Assembly (NCBI GenBank): GCA_963705175.1
Contig: CAVPJE010000009.1
Location: 63,045-127,044 of the forward strand
Direction of reading: 5' to 3'
Source: an uncultured beta proteobacterium
GTDB taxonomy: Bacteria > Pseudomonadota > Gammaproteobacteria > Burkholderiales > Casimicrobiaceae
Length of the DNA stretch: 64,000 nt
Under the pieces are notes generated by a model. It was not told the DNA's origin and made no database searches. It was given only the letters and a program-made list of their open reading frames with translations. Position 1 is the stretch's first letter. Each line of letters opens with the position of its first letter. This document shows positions 22,218 to 35,600 of this stretch, one piece after another. The position numbers and the translations under genes are program-made.

Positions 22218-23609
22218 GGGTTGCTCCTTGTTGCGGGTTGGGGTTCACGCCACGGCTTGGGCGGTGCGTGGAAGTGCGAACGAAGAGACAGCGGGACCGG
22301 GTGGACAGGTTCCCGGACGGCCCTCGGCGGAACTAGCGACTCGTGGACGACGGCGCCGCCGACGAGCGTCGCGCGCACCCGCCCCTCGAGCTCAAGGCCG
22401 AGGAACGGCGTGTTCTTGCCCTGGCTTTCGAGCGCGCCGCGCTCGACCCGCCAGGGCCGGCGGGGATCGAACACGACGACATCGGCCGGCGCGCCGACCT
22501 GGATCGTGCCGGCGTCGACGCCGAGGATCGCGGCGGGCAGGCTCGTGACCCGTGCCAGTGCCCGCACGAGCGGCACGCGGGCCTCGGATGCCCACTTCAG
22601 CGTGAGGGGAAGCAGGAGCTCGAGCCCCGTGGCGCCCGGATCGGCCTCGGCGAAGGGTACCTGCTTCGCGTCGTCGTCGACCGGCGCATGGTCCGAGCAG
22701 ATCGCGTCGATCGTGCCGTCCTCGACCCCGGCGCGCAGCGCGTCGCGGTCGCGCGTGGCACGCAGCGGCGGCACGAAGTTGGCGAGCGGATCGAACCAGC
22801 CGATGTCGACGTCGCAGAGGTGCAGGTGGTGGATGCCGACGTCCGCGGTGACCGGCAGGCCCTCGGCCTTCGCGGCACGAACCATCGCCACGCCGTCGGC
22901 CGACGACAGCCGGCACAGGTGCACGGGTACCCCCGTCGCGCGGACGACCACCAGGATCGTCGCGAGCGCGACCGTCTCGGCGATCACCGGGATCGCCGGC
23001 AGGCCGAGGCGCGTCGCCACCTCGCCGTCGTGCGCCACGCCGCCTCGCGACAGGTACGCGTCCTGCGGCCGCAGCCAGACGCGGTGACCGAACGTCCCGG
23101 CGTACTGCATGGCCCGCAGCAGCACCTGCACGTCGGTGAGCGGCCGGTCGGCCTGCGAGAACGCGACGCAACCCGCTTCGGCGAGCTCGCCCATCTCCGC
23201 CAGCTCCGCGCCGTCGAGCCGCTTGCGTGAGCGCGCCGACGGGATGGACGCGGGCCTGGTGCAGCATCCTGGCACGCTGCGTCAGCATCTCCACCAGCCC
23301 GGGCTCGTCGAGCGGCGGATCGGTGTCGGGCGGGCACGCGAGGCTCGTCACGCCACCGGCGACCGCCGCGCGGATTTCCGACTCGAGCGTCGCCTTGTGC
23401 TCGAGGCCGGGCTCGCGCAGCCGCGCGGAGAGATCGACCAGGCCGGGCGCCACCACGAGACCGGTGGCGTCGATGACGCGATCGGCGCGAAAGCCCGCCG
23501 GCGCATCGCCGATCGCCGCGATCCGACCTTCGGCGACGAATACTGAAGCAACCCGATCGAGCCCCGACGCGGGATCGACGACCTGGCCACCGCGAATCTC
23601 CGTCCTCAT
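22214..23609 (-). CDS. pyrC: Dihydroorotase-like protein (PyrC'-type); frameshift near 23230; 3' end uncertain
   Basis: PGLVDLSARLREPG, SDHAP, GKNTPF; downstream of pyrB. Confidence 0.85.
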
Positions 23610-24574
23610 CAGTTCCCCGCGATGATGCTCATCACGGCCATCCGCACCGCGATGCCGAACGTCACCTGCGGCAGGATCACGCTGCGCGCGCCGTCCGCCA
23701 CGGGCGAGTCGATCTCGACGCCGCGGTTCATCGGGCCCGGATGCATGACGATCGCGTCCGGGTTCGCGAGCGCCAGCTTCTCCGTGGTGAGCCCGTAGTG
23801 CTTGAAGAACTCGCCGGTCGAGGGCAGCAGCGCGCCACGCATGCGCTCGTTCTGCAGGCGCAACATGACGACCACGTCGCAGCCCGCGAGCCCCGCGCGC
23901 ATGTCGTGGCAGCGCCGCACGCCCAGCGCCTCGATGCCGGTGGGCAGGATCGTCGACGGGCCGATCACGCGGATGTCGGGCGTGCCGAGCGTGGAGAGGC
24001 CGTGGATCAGCGAGCGCGCGACACGGGAGTGCAGCACGTCGCCGACGATCGCCACCGACAGCGCGCGGAAGTCGCGCTTGTAGTGGCGGATCGTGTAGAG
24101 GTCGAGCAGTCCCTGCGACGGGTGCGCGTGGCGGCCGTCGCCCGCGTTGACCACGTGGACGTGCGGACGGCCCGTCGCCGCGAGGTGCGAGGCGATCAGG
24201 TGCGCGGCTCCGGACTGCGCGTGGCGGACGACGAACATGTCGGCATTCATCGCCACCAGGTTGTCGACCGTGTCGAGCAGCGTCTCGCCCTTCGACGTCG
24301 ACGACGCGCCGATGTTGAGGTTGATGACGTCGGCCGACAGGCGCTTGGCGGCGATCTCGAAGGTCGTGCGCGTGCGCGTCGAGTTCTCGAAGAACAGGTT
24401 GAAGATCGCCTTGCCGCGCAGCAGCGGCACCTTCTTGACCTCGCGCTCCCCCACCGAGACGAACGGGTGGGCCGTGTCGAGGATCTCGGTGATCACGGAC
24501 GCGGGCAGGCCCTCCAGCGTGAGCAGGTGGGTGAGCTTGCCCTCGGCATTGAGCTGCGGATTGCGGGAGATCAT
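23609..24574 (-). CDS. pyrB: Aspartate carbamoyltransferase catalytic subunit
   Basis: [25 protein letters not shown]. Confidence 0.98.
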   Translation of the reverse strand: MISRNPQLNAEGKLTHLLTLEGLPASVITEILDTAHPFVSVGEREVKKVPLLRGKAIFNLFFENSTRTRTTFEIAAKRLSADVINLNIGASSTSKGETLLDTVDNLVAMNADMFVVRHAQSGAAHLIASHLAATGRPHVHVVNAGDGRHAHPSQGLLDLYTIRHYKRDFRALSVAIVGDVLHSRVARSLIHGLSTLGTPDIRVIGPSTILPTGIEALGVRRCHDMRAGLAGCDVVVMLRLQNERMRGALLPSTGEFFKHYGLTTEKLALANPDAIVMHPGPMNRGVEIDSPVADGARSVILPQVTFGIAVRMAVMSIIAGN

Positions 24575-24579
24575 CGGCG

Positions 24580-25116
24580 TCAGGACGCTGTCGCCGGCTC
24601 GACGGCGAGCGCGAGCCGGCCTTCGCCGTCTCGCGACAGCACGATCGACAGGTCGCGCGCGACGGCGAGGCTCGCACCGGTGTACGTGGGCTCGATCGGC
24701 AGCTCGCGACCGCCGCGGTCGACGAGCACCGCGAGCTCGATCGCGTCGGGCCGGCCGAAGTCGAACAGCTCGTTGATCGCCGCCCGGACGCTGCGGCCCG
24801 TGAAGAGCACGTCGTCGACCAGCACGATCGTCGCCCCTTCGACGTCGAACGGGAGCTCGGTGCGCCGCGTGTTGGCCTTGAGGCCGGAGCGCTTGTAGTC
24901 GTCGCGGTAGAACGCGACGTCGATGAATCCGACGGGGTGGTCGCCGGGGAGCATCTGCGCGAGGCGCTCGGCAACCCAGGCACCGCCCGAGTAGATGCCG
25001 ACGAACGCGGCGTCGTGCGCCACCGCCGGCGCCATGCGCGCGGCGAGCTCCGCGAGCGCCGCCTCGGCGTCGGGGAGCGCCGGCAGGTCCCGCAGGTCAG
25101 CGTTGCCCGGACTCAT
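24580..25116 (-). CDS. pyrR: Pyrimidine regulatory protein / uracil phosphoribosyltransferase
   Basis: [28 protein letters not shown]. Confidence 0.93.
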   Translation of the reverse strand: MSPGNADLRDLPALPDAEAALAELAARMAPAVAHDAAFVGIYSGGAWVAERLAQMLPGDHPVGFIDVAFYRDDYKRSGLKANTRRTELPFDVEGATIVLVDDVLFTGRSVRAAINELFDFGRPDAIELAVLVDRGGRELPIEPTYTGASLAVARDLSIVLSRDGEGRLALAVEPATAS

Positions 25117-25553
25117 CGAAGTATCCTTGCAGGATCGCCTGCGCGGCGATCGCGTCGCGCACCGAGCGCCCGCGGCGGCCGCCGCGCCCCGCGGCGTCGA
25201 GCGCGGACTGCGCGTCCTGCGTCGTCCCGCGCTCGTCGGCCTCCACCACGCGGAAGCCCGTGGCGTCCGTGCAACTGCCGCGCGAAGCGACGCGCCCGCG
25301 CGGTCATCTCGTGCGGCGTGCCGTCGGCATGCACGGGAACGCCCACGACCAGCATGCCGGGCTTCCACTCGTCGACCAGCGCCGCGATCGCAGCGAAGCG
25401 CCGCGTGCTCGCCTCGTCGTCGATCGTGACGAGCGGATGCGCGACGCGCACCAGCGTGTTGCCGACCGCCACGCCGATGCGGCGCGTCCCGAAGTCGAAG
25501 GCGAGCACGGTGGTCTCGGACGGTGGCGGGTCGGTCGGAAGCCAATCAGGCGT
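25113..25553 (-). CDS. ruvX: Holliday junction resolvase-like RuvX/YqgF; frameshift near 25255; start uncertain
   Basis: [15 protein letters not shown]; second frame DERGTT...DAIAAQAIL. Confidence 0.88.
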   Translation of the reverse strand, partial: TPDWLPTDPPPSETTVLAFDFGTRRIGVAVGNTLVRVAHPLVTIDDEASTRRFAAIAALVDEWKPGMLVVGVPVHADGTPHEMTARARRFARQLHGRHGLPRGGGRRARDDAGRAVRARRRGARRPPRALGARRDRRAGDPARILR

Positions 25554-26109
25554 GCCCGGCGTCTTCCGACAGCTGCATCGGGTCGATGCCGAGGAGCCGC
25601 ATCGCGGCCGGCAGCCGCCGCTCGACCGGCGTGCCGAACACCACGTCGGGATCGGCGGCAACCGTGAGCCAGGCATTGGCGGCGAGCTCGCGCTCGAGCT
25701 GGCCGGCCGACCACCCCGCGTAGCCCAGCGTGACCAGCAGGCTCTGCGGGCCCTCGCCGCGCGCCACGGCCTCGAGGATGTCCTTCGACGTCGTGAGGCC
25801 GATGTCGTCGCTCACCGCGAGCGTGGACTGCCAGTTGCCGAGCGGACGGTGCAGCACGAAGCCACGATCCACCTGCACCGGGCCGCCGAACATCACGGGA
25901 GAGTCGATGAGCGACCGCGACGGCAGCGGCACGTCGATCTGCTCGAAGAGCGCCGCGAGCGTCATGTCGATCGGCCGGTTGACCACGACGCCGAGCGCGC
26001 CTTCCGGCGAGTGCTCGCACACGAAAGTCAGCGTGTGAGCGAAATTCGGATCGACCATGCCGGGCATGGCGATCAGGAAGTGATGGGTGAGGTTGACGGT
26101 GGCACCCAT
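25546..26109 (-). CDS. yqgE: YqgE/AlgH family protein
   Basis: FLIAMP, GGPVQ..RGFVLH, GYAGW..GQLE, ends AGHA. Confidence 0.95.
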   Translation of the reverse strand: MGATVNLTHHFLIAMPGMVDPNFAHTLTFVCEHSPEGALGVVVNRPIDMTLAALFEQIDVPLPSRSLIDSPVMFGGPVQVDRGFVLHRPLGNWQSTLAVSDDIGLTTSKDILEAVARGEGPQSLLVTLGYAGWSAGQLERELAANAWLTVAADPDVVFGTPVERRLPAAMRLLGIDPMQLSEDAGHA

Positions 26110-26194
26110 TGGGTTGACGGATTGTAATCCCCGGCCCGGGGGTCGTCATCCCGACGCTAAACTGCCGGCAACGTCACGAACGACTGCCGCCGTC

Positions 26195-27557
26195 ATGGAA
26201 CCGAGCCCCGCCCGTCCGCTCGCGCGCTGCACCGCCGCGCTCGGGCTCCTCGCGCTCGCGTTGCTCGCGCCGGCGGCGATGGCGAAGCTGACGGTGATGC
26301 ACGGCTACGCGGATGTGACGAGCGCCCTCGTCTGGATCCAGGCCGACGCGCCGGGGCCGATCCGCGTGAGCTGGCGCGCGGAGGGCTCCGACCGCGAGCA
26401 GGCGGTCACGCTCGACGCGGTCGCGTCGCGCGAGAACGTGGTGGTCGCGCGCCTGACCGGTCTCGCGCCCGGCAAGCGGGCGCGCTATGGGATCGAGGGC
26501 GACGGCGACCGGCGCGAGGGCACGGTCCGGGCACAGCCGCACTGGCGTGATGCGAAGGACGCGCCCGACATCACGATCGCGATCGGCAGCTGCTTCTTCC
26601 TGGATGACGACGATCCGTCGTTCCGCACCGCGCTCGCCGGCGGCGAGTACGGCATCTTCGACGCGATCGCGGCAAAGGCGCCGGACGTCATGCTGTGGCT
26701 CGGCGACAACGTGTACCTGCGGCGTCCCGACTACTTCGACCCGGAAGCAATGGCCGCGCGGTACAAGCGGCAGCGCGGCTTCGAGCCGCTCGCGCGCCTC
26801 CTCACCGCCACGGCGCACGTCGCGATCTGGGACGACCACGACTTCGGCCCGAACGACGCGGGCGGCGCCTTTCCCCTGAAGGGGGAGACGCTGCGCCTGT
26901 TCACGCTGTACTGGGCGAACGCCTCGTTCGGCCTCCCGGAGCTGCCCGGCGTCTTCGGCGTGGCGCCGTATGGCGACGTGGATCTCGTGCTGCTCGACGG
27001 CCGCTACCACCGCTCGCACCCGAAACTTCCCGACGGGCCCGGCAAGGGCATGTACGGGAGCGCGCAGATGGCGTGGCTCGAAAACGTGCTGCTCGGTGCA
27101 CGCGGTCGCGTCAAGCTCGTCGCCGGCGGGAGCCAGTTCTGGAACGCCGCATCGCGCTACGAGGGCCTGTACCAGTACCCAACCGAGCAGCGGCGACTGG
27201 CGGACTTCCTGCTCGACGCCCGCATCGACGGCCTGATCTTCCTCTCCGGCGACCGGCACTTCGGCGAACTCCTGCGCATCGATCGTCCCGGCGCCTACCC
27301 GCTCTACGAGTTCACGTCGAGCCCGCTCACCTCGCGTCCCTGGGCGAAGCCCGACGCCGCCGAGCGCGACAATCCGCAGGTTGTGCCGGGCACGCTCGTC
27401 GGGCGGCGCCAGTTCGGGCTGATCCGCGTCACCGGGCCCGGCAACGAACGCCGCATCGCGCTCGAGAGCTACGATGCGACGGGCACGCTGCTGTGGCGCC
27501 ACGAGCTCGGCGCGAACGACCTGCGCATCGCATCCTCGCAAGCCGGCGGCGCCGTGA
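26195..27557 (+). CDS. phoD: PhoD-family alkaline phosphatase
   Basis: Signal peptide; [28 protein letters not shown]. Confidence 0.88.
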
Positions 27558-29020
27558 GGGCCGCGGCGCGGCGCGGCGCGCTGGTCTGGTTCCGGCGCGA
27601 CCTGCGCGACTACGACCAGCACGCACTCGCGCAGGCGGTCGCCGCGGGACCCCCTGTTTACGCGGCATTCGTCTTCGACCGCGACATTCTCGACACGCTG
27701 CCAACGCCCGCCGACCGCCGCGTCGAGTTCATCTGGGAGAGCGTGCGCGAGCTCGACGCCGCGCTGCGCCGCCGCGGCGGCGGGCTGATCGTGCGGCACG
27801 CGCGCGCCGTGGACGAGATGCCGCGGCTGGCGGACGCGCTCGGCGTCGCCGCCGTGTACGCGAACCACGACTACGAGCCCGCCGCGCTCGACCGCGATGC
27901 CGCGGTCGCGCACGCGCTCGCCGATCGCGGCATCGCGTTCCGCACGAGCAAGGACCAGGTGGTCTTCGAGCGCGCGGAAGTGATGACGCAGGCGGGCCGG
28001 CCGTTCACGGTGTTCACACCGTACAAGAACGCGTGGCTCCGGACACTCACGCCATCGCTCCTCGCGCCGCACGACGTCGACGCGCACGCTGCGGCACTTG
28101 CACCGCCGCCGCCGAGCGGAGGATCGCGGCCTCCCGGCGCTCGCGGCGATGGGCTTCGAACGCACGAACCTCGCCGCGCTGGGGATCGTGGCGGGGATGC
28201 CCGGCGGCGCCGCGCGCTTCGCGGACTTCAGGGAGCGCATCGGGGACTACAAGGCGTCCCGCGACTTCCCGGCGGTCAAGGGCCCGTCGTACCTGTCGGT
28301 CCATCTGCGCTTCGGCACGGTCTCGGTGCGCGAGCTCGTCGCGTACGCCCACGCGTGCTCGCTGCGGGCCGGCGGCGAGCGGTGCGGCCACCTGGCTGTC
28401 CGAGCTCATTTGGCGCGAGTTCTACGCGCAGATTCTCTGGCACCACCCGCATGTCGTCGCGAGGGCGTTCAAGCCCGAGTACGACGCGCTCGCCTTCCCC
28501 AACGACGGCGTGCGCTTCGACGCCTGGTGCGAGGGGCGCACCGGCTACCCGATCGTCGACGCCGCGATGCGGCAGCTGAACGCGACCGGCTACATGCACA
28601 ACCGCCTGCGCATGATCGCGGCGAGCTTCCTCGTCAAGGACCTGCTCGTCGACTGGCGCCGGGGTGAGCAGGTGTTCGCCGACCGGCTGATCGACTTCGA
28701 CCTCGCGTCGAACAACGGCGGGTGGCAGTGGGCGGCGTCGACCGGCTGCGACGCGCAGCCCTACTTCCGTATCTTCAACCCGGTGACGCAGTCGCGAACG
28801 CTTCGATGCCGCGGGCGCGTTCATCCGCCGCTACGTGCCCGAGCTCGCGCCGCTCGACGCACGCGAAATCCACGCGCCGTGGACGGTCCCGCCCGCGATC
28901 CAGCAGGCGAAGGGCGTGGTGATCGGCCGCGACTATCCGCCGCCGATCGTCGACCACGCCGCTCGCGCGCATCAGGCGCTCGAACTCTTCGGCGTCGTCC
29001 GGCGGCCCGCCGTTAGTTGA
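27554..29020 (+). CDS. phrB: DNA photolyase (class I CPD); frameshifts near 28130, 28380, 28800
   Basis: [51 protein letters not shown]. Confidence 0.92.
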
Positions 29021-30256
29021 AGATCCCGCCGCGCGCCTCGGTGGCGCACGTCGACGGCAGACCGGCGACGATCGACTTCATGCCGAGCGCCGAGAGCTCG
29101 CCCCGGCGCGCCGCGGCAGCATCGTCCCATCCCGCCGAGCATGATGCCGAGGCTGCCGAAGTTCGCGAAGCCGCAGAGCGCGTAGGTCATCAGCACGCGG
29201 CTTCGCGGCGACAGCGCGGCGTCGGGCAGCGCAGCGAGGTCGAGGTAGGCGAGGAGCTCGTTCAGCACGGTCTTCTTGCCGAGGAGCTGCCCGGCCACCG
29301 CCACCTCGCTCCACGGCACGCCACAGGCCCAGGCGAGCGGGGCGAACGCGTAGCCCAGGAGCCGCTCGAGCGAAAGCGGCGCTCCGCCGAGCGCCGGCAG
29401 CATGCCGAGCACGCCGTTGACGAGCGCGACCAGCGCGACGAAGACGACCAGCATCGCGACGATGTTGAGCAGCAGCGCGAGCCCCTCGGCCGTGCCGCGC
29501 GCAATCGCGGCGACGGCGTTCGCGTCCCGAGCTCGAAGCGGACCTCGCGATCGTCGGTGGCGGATGGCGGCACCATCAGCGCAGCGATCGCGATCGACAC
29601 CGGCGTGGCCACGACCGACGCGACGAGCAGATGCGCGAGCGCCCCCGGCACGCGTGGGCCGAGGATCGTCGCGTAGAGCACGAGCACCGTGCCCGCGATC
29701 GTCGCCATGCCGCCCACCATCACGATGAACAGCTCCCCGCGCGACAGCCGCGCGAGATAGGGGCGCACGACGAGCGGCGCCTCGACCATGCCCACGAACA
29801 CGTTCGCCGCGGCAGCGACGCCGACCGTCCCGCCGATCCCGAGCGTCCCGCGGAGCACGCGGGCGAAGGCCCGCACGACCGCCGGCAGGATGCCGACGTG
29901 GAACAGCAGCGCCGACAACGCCGCGGTGACGAGCACGATCGGCAGCGCGCGGAAGGCGAGCACGAAGCTCGCGGCGGGGTCGGTCTGCGCGAATGGCATC
30001 GGCCCGCCGCCCAGGTAGCCGAAGACCATCGCGGTGCCGGCCGTCGTCGCCCGGTCGAGCGCGTCGACACCGCATTCAGGCTCCCCAGGGCCGCGGCCGC
30101 GGGGGGCAGCTCGAGGCACAACGCCGCGAGCGCGAACGCGAGCGCGATGCCGCCGGCCACCGTACGCCACGGCACGCGCGTGCGATCCTCGGACGCGACC
30201 CACGCGACGGCGACGATCGCTGCGAGCCCCGCGAGCGCGTGGAGGATTTCGGTCAC
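29013..30256 (-). CDS. nupC: Concentrative nucleoside transporter (NupC/CNT); several frameshifts
   Basis: [39 protein letters not shown]. Confidence 0.88.
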
Positions 30257-30302
30257 GGCGGCGCGGGCAGGCGCAGGGCGCGCGCCGGGCGTGGCGCACG
30301 GC

Positions 30303-32370
30303 TCAGTCCTCCTCGTGCTTGCGACGCTTGTCGTACTCCGCGGCGAGTTGCTGCTGCAGCTGCGGCGGCGCGGCCTCGTAGTGCGACAGCTCCATCGTGA
30401 ACGCGCCGTGGCCGCCGGTCACCGACTTGAGACGCGCGGCGTAGCCGTCGAGCTCGACCAGCGGTGCGAGGCCCGAGACCGCGAGCGCCCCGCCGGTCAG
30501 GCCGTTGGTGCCCGTGACCTGGCCGCGCCGCGACGACAGGTCGCCGGTGATGTCGCCGGTGTTCGCCTCGGGGCAGACGATCTCGACCTTGACGATCGGC
30601 TCGAGGAGGATCGGCTTCGCCTTCGAGATGGCTTCGATGAAGGCCTTCCGCCCCGCGGTGACGAACGCGATCTCCTTCGAGTCGACGGGGTGGTGCTTGC
30701 CGTCGAACACGGTGACGCGGACGTCCTGCAGGGGGAAGCCGGCCACCGCGCCTTGCGCGAGCACCTGCTCGACGCCCTTGCTTCACCGCCGGCATCAGGT
30801 TGTGCGGGATCACCCCGCCCTTGGTCGCGTCGACGAAGTCGAAGCCGCCGCCGCGCGGCAGCGGCTCGATGCGCAGCGCCACCTCGCCGAACTGGCCGGC
30901 GCCACCCGTCTGCTTCTTGTGGCGATACGTGGCCTCCGCGCTGCCGCCGATCGTCTCGCGATACGGGATGCGCGGCGGGCGCGTGTCGATCTCCAGCTTG
31001 TACTGCGAGGACATGCGCTCGAGCACCGAGCGCAGGTGCAGGTCGCCGAGCGCGCGCAGCACGGTCTCGTTGTAGTGCGGGTCCTGCTCGACGACGAGCG
31101 TCGGGTCCTCGGCGACCAGCTTGTGCAGCACCTCGGAGATGCGCTGCTCGTCGCCGCGCTTCTTCGGCGTGATCGCCACGCCGTGCATCGGCCGCGGGAA
31201 CTCGAGCGGCCGCATGTGGATCTGGTCCTCGTCGTGCGAGTCGTGCAGCACGCAGTCGAACTCGATCTCGTCGACCTTCGCCACCGCGGCGATGTCGCCC
31301 GGGAACGCGCGGTCGATCTCGACGTTCTTCGCGCCCTGCAGCATGAACAGGTGGCCGACCTTGAACGGCTTGCGCCCGTCGCCGATCAGGAGCTGCGTGT
31401 CCTTCGTCACCGTGCCCTGGTGCACGCGGAACACGCCGAGCTTGCCGACGAACGGGTCGACGACGACCTTGAACACGTGCGCGAGCACGTGGCGGTCCGG
31501 GTCGGGCTCGGAGCGGAACTCCTCGCGCGCCTCCTCGGGCGCGCCGACCTCGCCCTTGAAGAACAGCGGCGGATTGGCTTCGGTGGGATTCGGCGCGAGC
31601 TTCACCAGCACGTCGAGCAGCTCGGCGACGCCCGCCCCGGTGCGCGCGGAGACGAAGCACACCGGCACGAGGTGGCCTTCGCGCAGCGCCTTCTCGAAGG
31701 GCGCGTGCAGCTGCTCCGGCGAGATCTCGTCGCCCTGCTCCAGGTACTTCGCCATCAGCTCCTCGTCGACCTCGATCACCTGGTCGACGAGCGCCTGGTG
31801 GGCGTCGGCGACCGAGGAGAAGTCGGCGTCGCCGGAAGGATTGAAGAAACAGTCGACGACCCGCGTGCCGCCCCCCGCGGGCAGGTTGATCGGCAGGCAC
31901 TCCCTGCCGTAGGCCTGCTGGATCTCGGCGAGGAGCCGCGGCAGGTCGACGTTGTCGGCGTCGATCATGTTGACGACGACGAGCCGGCAGAGCTTGCGCT
32001 TGCCGGTCCATTCCATCATGCGCGTCGTGATCATCTCGAGCCCGGCCTGGGCGTTGACGACGATCGCGGCGGTCTCGACGGCGTCGAGCGCGCCGATCGA
32101 CTGGCCGATGAAGTCCGGGAACCCGGGCGTGTCGATCAGGTGGATGCGCGCTTCCGGCGTGTCGACGTGGAGGATCGACGAGCGCAGCGAGTGCTTCCAG
32201 GTCTTCTCCAGCGGATCGAAGTCGGAGGCGGTCGTGCCGCGCTCGACGCTGCCCGCCGCACCCACCATGCCCGCGCGTGCGAGGAGCGCCTCGGCGAGCG
32301 TCGTCTTGCCGGAAGCCCCATGACCCACCAACGCTACGGTACGAAGCTGACCCGTCCTGTATTCCGCCAT
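30303..32370 (-). CDS. Elongation factor G-like paralog; frameshift near 30780
   Basis: GHGASGKTT, DTPGFPDF, IPYRETI, HKKQTGGAGQFGEV, VDSKE, LLEPI; not in an rpsL-rpsG-tuf operon. Confidence 0.9.
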
Positions 32371-32619
32371 GCCCGTCTCCCTCGATAGGTGATCGTCGTT
32401 CGGAGGGAGTTTAACCTGCGAGTCCGGAGCCCGACGACGACGCGGGGTGCAAGGACGCGCAAGTGTTGCGGCGCGTCAAGCTTTGCGCGCGGCCGCGTCG
32501 ACGCGAAAGTCGCGGCAACAGCGCCTGCACGGACCCGGAAACGCCGCGCGCCGGGGTTCGCCCGGCGCGCGTGTCGAATCGATGCGGGTCCGCCTGGCGC
32601 CGCCGCGGTCCGCGCTGCC

Positions 32620-35600
32620 TCAAGCCGGCGCAGCGACGCCCAGCATCTCCCGCAGGTTGCGCAGCAGCTCCTCTTCCTGGTACGGCTTGCCGAGGTAGAG
32701 GTCGACGCCGAGCTCGGCGGCGCGGGCGCGGTGCTTGTCCGCGGTGCGCGACGTGATCATGACGATCGGGATGCGCGCATTCGCGGGGTCGCTCTTCAGC
32801 GTCTTCGTGAACTCGAAGCCGTCCATGCGCGGCATCTCGATGTCGAGCAGGATCAGGTCGGGCGTCTCGTCGGCGAGCGCCTGCAGCGCGTCGAGACCGT
32901 CCTTCGCGGTAGCGACGCGGAAGCCCTCGCGGACCAGCAGGCGGCTCGTGATCTTGCGCACCGTGAGCGAGTCGTCGACGATCATCACCAGCGGCGGGCC
33001 CTGCGTCGCCGCCGCCTTGGCGATCACGCGCGTCGCCCCGTTGGGGTCGAGCGCCGGGACGTCGGGGCGTTCGGCGAGCTGCACCGGGTTGATGATCAGC
33101 AGGATCTCGCCGGTGCCGAGCACCGTCGCGCCGGCGATGCCGGAGACGCGCGCGAGCTGCGGGCCGATGTTCTTCACCACGATTTCCTGCTTGCCCACCA
33201 TCTCGTCGACGTGGATCGCGCAGGCCCCGTGCCCGCTCTTCAGCAGCAGCACGGAGTTGTAGCGCTGCGTTTCGGGGTGGTGGGCGGTGTCGCCGACGAG
33301 CCGCGGCAGGTAGTGGAACGGATAGCGCCGGCCCAGCCACTCGACTTCGCGGGTCACGTAGAGGTTGAACAGCGCCTCCTCGCGCACCTGCTGCACCTGC
33401 TCGACCATCGGCGCGGGCAGCGCCCACATGCGCCCGCCGGCGCGCACCAGCACGGCCTGGGCGACGGCCAGCGTCAGCGGCAGCGCAAGGGTGAAGCGCG
33501 ACCCGCGGCCGGACTCGGTCTCGACCTCGACCCGCCCGCCCAGCGCGGCGAGCTCGGTGCGCACGACGTCCATGCCCACGCCGCGCCCCGAGATCGCGGT
33601 GACCCGCGTGGCGGTCGAGAAGCCCGGCCGGAAGATGCAATCGAGGAGCTGCCGGTCGGTGGGCGTCGCGTCGCCGGGGACGAGTCCCAGCGCGAGCGCC
33701 TTCTCGCGCACCCGACCGAGGTCGATGCCGGCCCCGTCGTCCACGAGCTCGATCACGATCTCGTTGCCCGACTGACGCACCGACAGCGCGATCTCGCCGG
33801 TCTCGGACTTGCCGACCGCGCGGCGCGCTTCCCGGCTTTCGATGCCGTGGTCGAGCGCGTTGCGCAGCAGGTGCTCCAGCGGGCCCGCGAGCTTTTCCAG
33901 CACCGAGCGGTCGAGCTCGGTCTGCGCGCCGACGATCTCGAGATTGACGCGCTTGCCGAGCTCCTTCGCCACCTGCCGCACGATGCGGTAGAGGCGCTCG
34001 GACAGGCTCGAGAAGGGCACGGTGCGGATCGCGAAGAGCTGCTGCTGCATGTCGCGCGACAGGCGCGACTGCGCGAGGAGCGCCGCGTCGGCGTCGTCCA
34101 GGTTCTTGAGCAGCGCCTGCTGCACCGTGGACACGTCGTTGACGCCCTCGGCGAGCGAGCGCGTCAGCTCCTGGAAGCGCGTGTAGCGGTCGAACTCGAG
34201 CGGATCGAAATCGTCGCTGTGCTCGTGCATCTGCGTCATGCGCGACTGGATCTGCGATTCCGCCTGGATCTCGATCTCGCGCACCTGGCCGCGCAGGCGG
34301 ATCACCGATCCGGTGAGCTCGAGCAGGTTCGCCTTGAGCGCGCGCAGCTCGCCGTCGATGCGCGCACGGGCGATCGCCACTTCCCCCGCCTCGTTCACCA
34401 GGCGGTCGATCGTGTCGGCACGCACGCGGAGCATCGCGCGCGGACCTGCTTCACCCTCGGCGACGTCGACGCGCGCGGCGGTAGCGGTCGTCGTTGCCGT
34501 CGGCGCGTGCGCCGGAGTCGGGGTCGAAGGCGTCTCGGGCGTGACGGACGGCGGGGGTCGCCGCCGCCTCGGCGGGTACCGTCGGCTCAGACCGGCGGCA
34601 TGGGCGGGAGGGTCACCGCCGCCGGTTCGGCAGGGGCGATCGCGTCCACGCCGCTCGCGGCGACTTCCGGCTCGACCGCTTCGCTTGGCGGCGCCACCGT
34701 GACGGCTCGGAGCGCCTCGTCCATCGCCGGCGCCGCGACCTCCGCCGGCGCCGCCGTGGCAGCGGCCGGAGTTTCGTCCGACGCCGCGACCCAGGGCAGC
34801 GCGACGTTGCTCTCGCCGTCGCGCAGCCGGTCGAGCACGTAGGCGATCCGGTCGAGGTCGGTCTCGAGCGCCTCGAACAGCTCCGGCGACGCCTCGGCGA
34901 GGGCGTCGCCCTCGATCAGACGCGACTCCATGAGGTGCGTGAGCTCGCCGAGACGCATCGCGCCGGCCATGCGGGCAGCTGCCCTTGAACGTGTGCAGCG
35001 TGCGCCGCAGGTCCTGCGCCGAGGCCCCGTCGTGCGGGGCACGCTGCCAGCGGCGCAATTGCTCGCCCGCGGCGGGGAAGAGCTCCGCCGCCTCCTCCAG
35101 GAAGATCGACAGCACCTGCGGGTCCTCGATCTCGTCGCGGATCGCCGCGAGCGGATCCACCGCCGGCTGCGGCAGCACGAGCTCGGCGGCGGCGGCCGCG
35201 TCGGGGCCTGCGGCAGGGGCTGCCGCCTCTTCCTCGGACTGCGCGGCGTGCGCCGCGGCAGTCTCGGCATCGAGCTCGCCCAGGTCGGCAGCGTGCTGCC
35301 GAAGGGCATCGAGCTCGCCCTGGCTCTCGCGGGCTTCCTGCTCGTCGCCCGGACGGAACGCCTGGCGCGCCTCGATCGAGGCGACGAGTCGCCGCAGCGC
35401 CTCGACTGCGCGGGCGAGCACCGGCAGCGCCGTGGCCGGACGCGCGTCGATCTGCGCGAGCGCGATCAGCGCGAGCTCGAGCGACTTCGCCAGCGCGGCA
35501 ACCGAGTGGAACCCGCCGGTGCGATGAATGCCGCACAGCGTGTGTGCCGCGCGGATCATCGCCGGCGCGGGCTGCGCTGCCGGGTCGAACTGCAGGAGCG

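Noticed and set aside
22214-23609. Dihydroorotase lacking the HxH metal motif (DLSAR)
   Set aside because: Known PyrC'-type partner of ATCase next to pyrB; not novel
26087-28579. Apparent PhoD-photolyase fusion
   Set aside because: The junction has a typical GTGA stop/start overlap at 27554; exported versus cytoplasmic enzymes; indel likely
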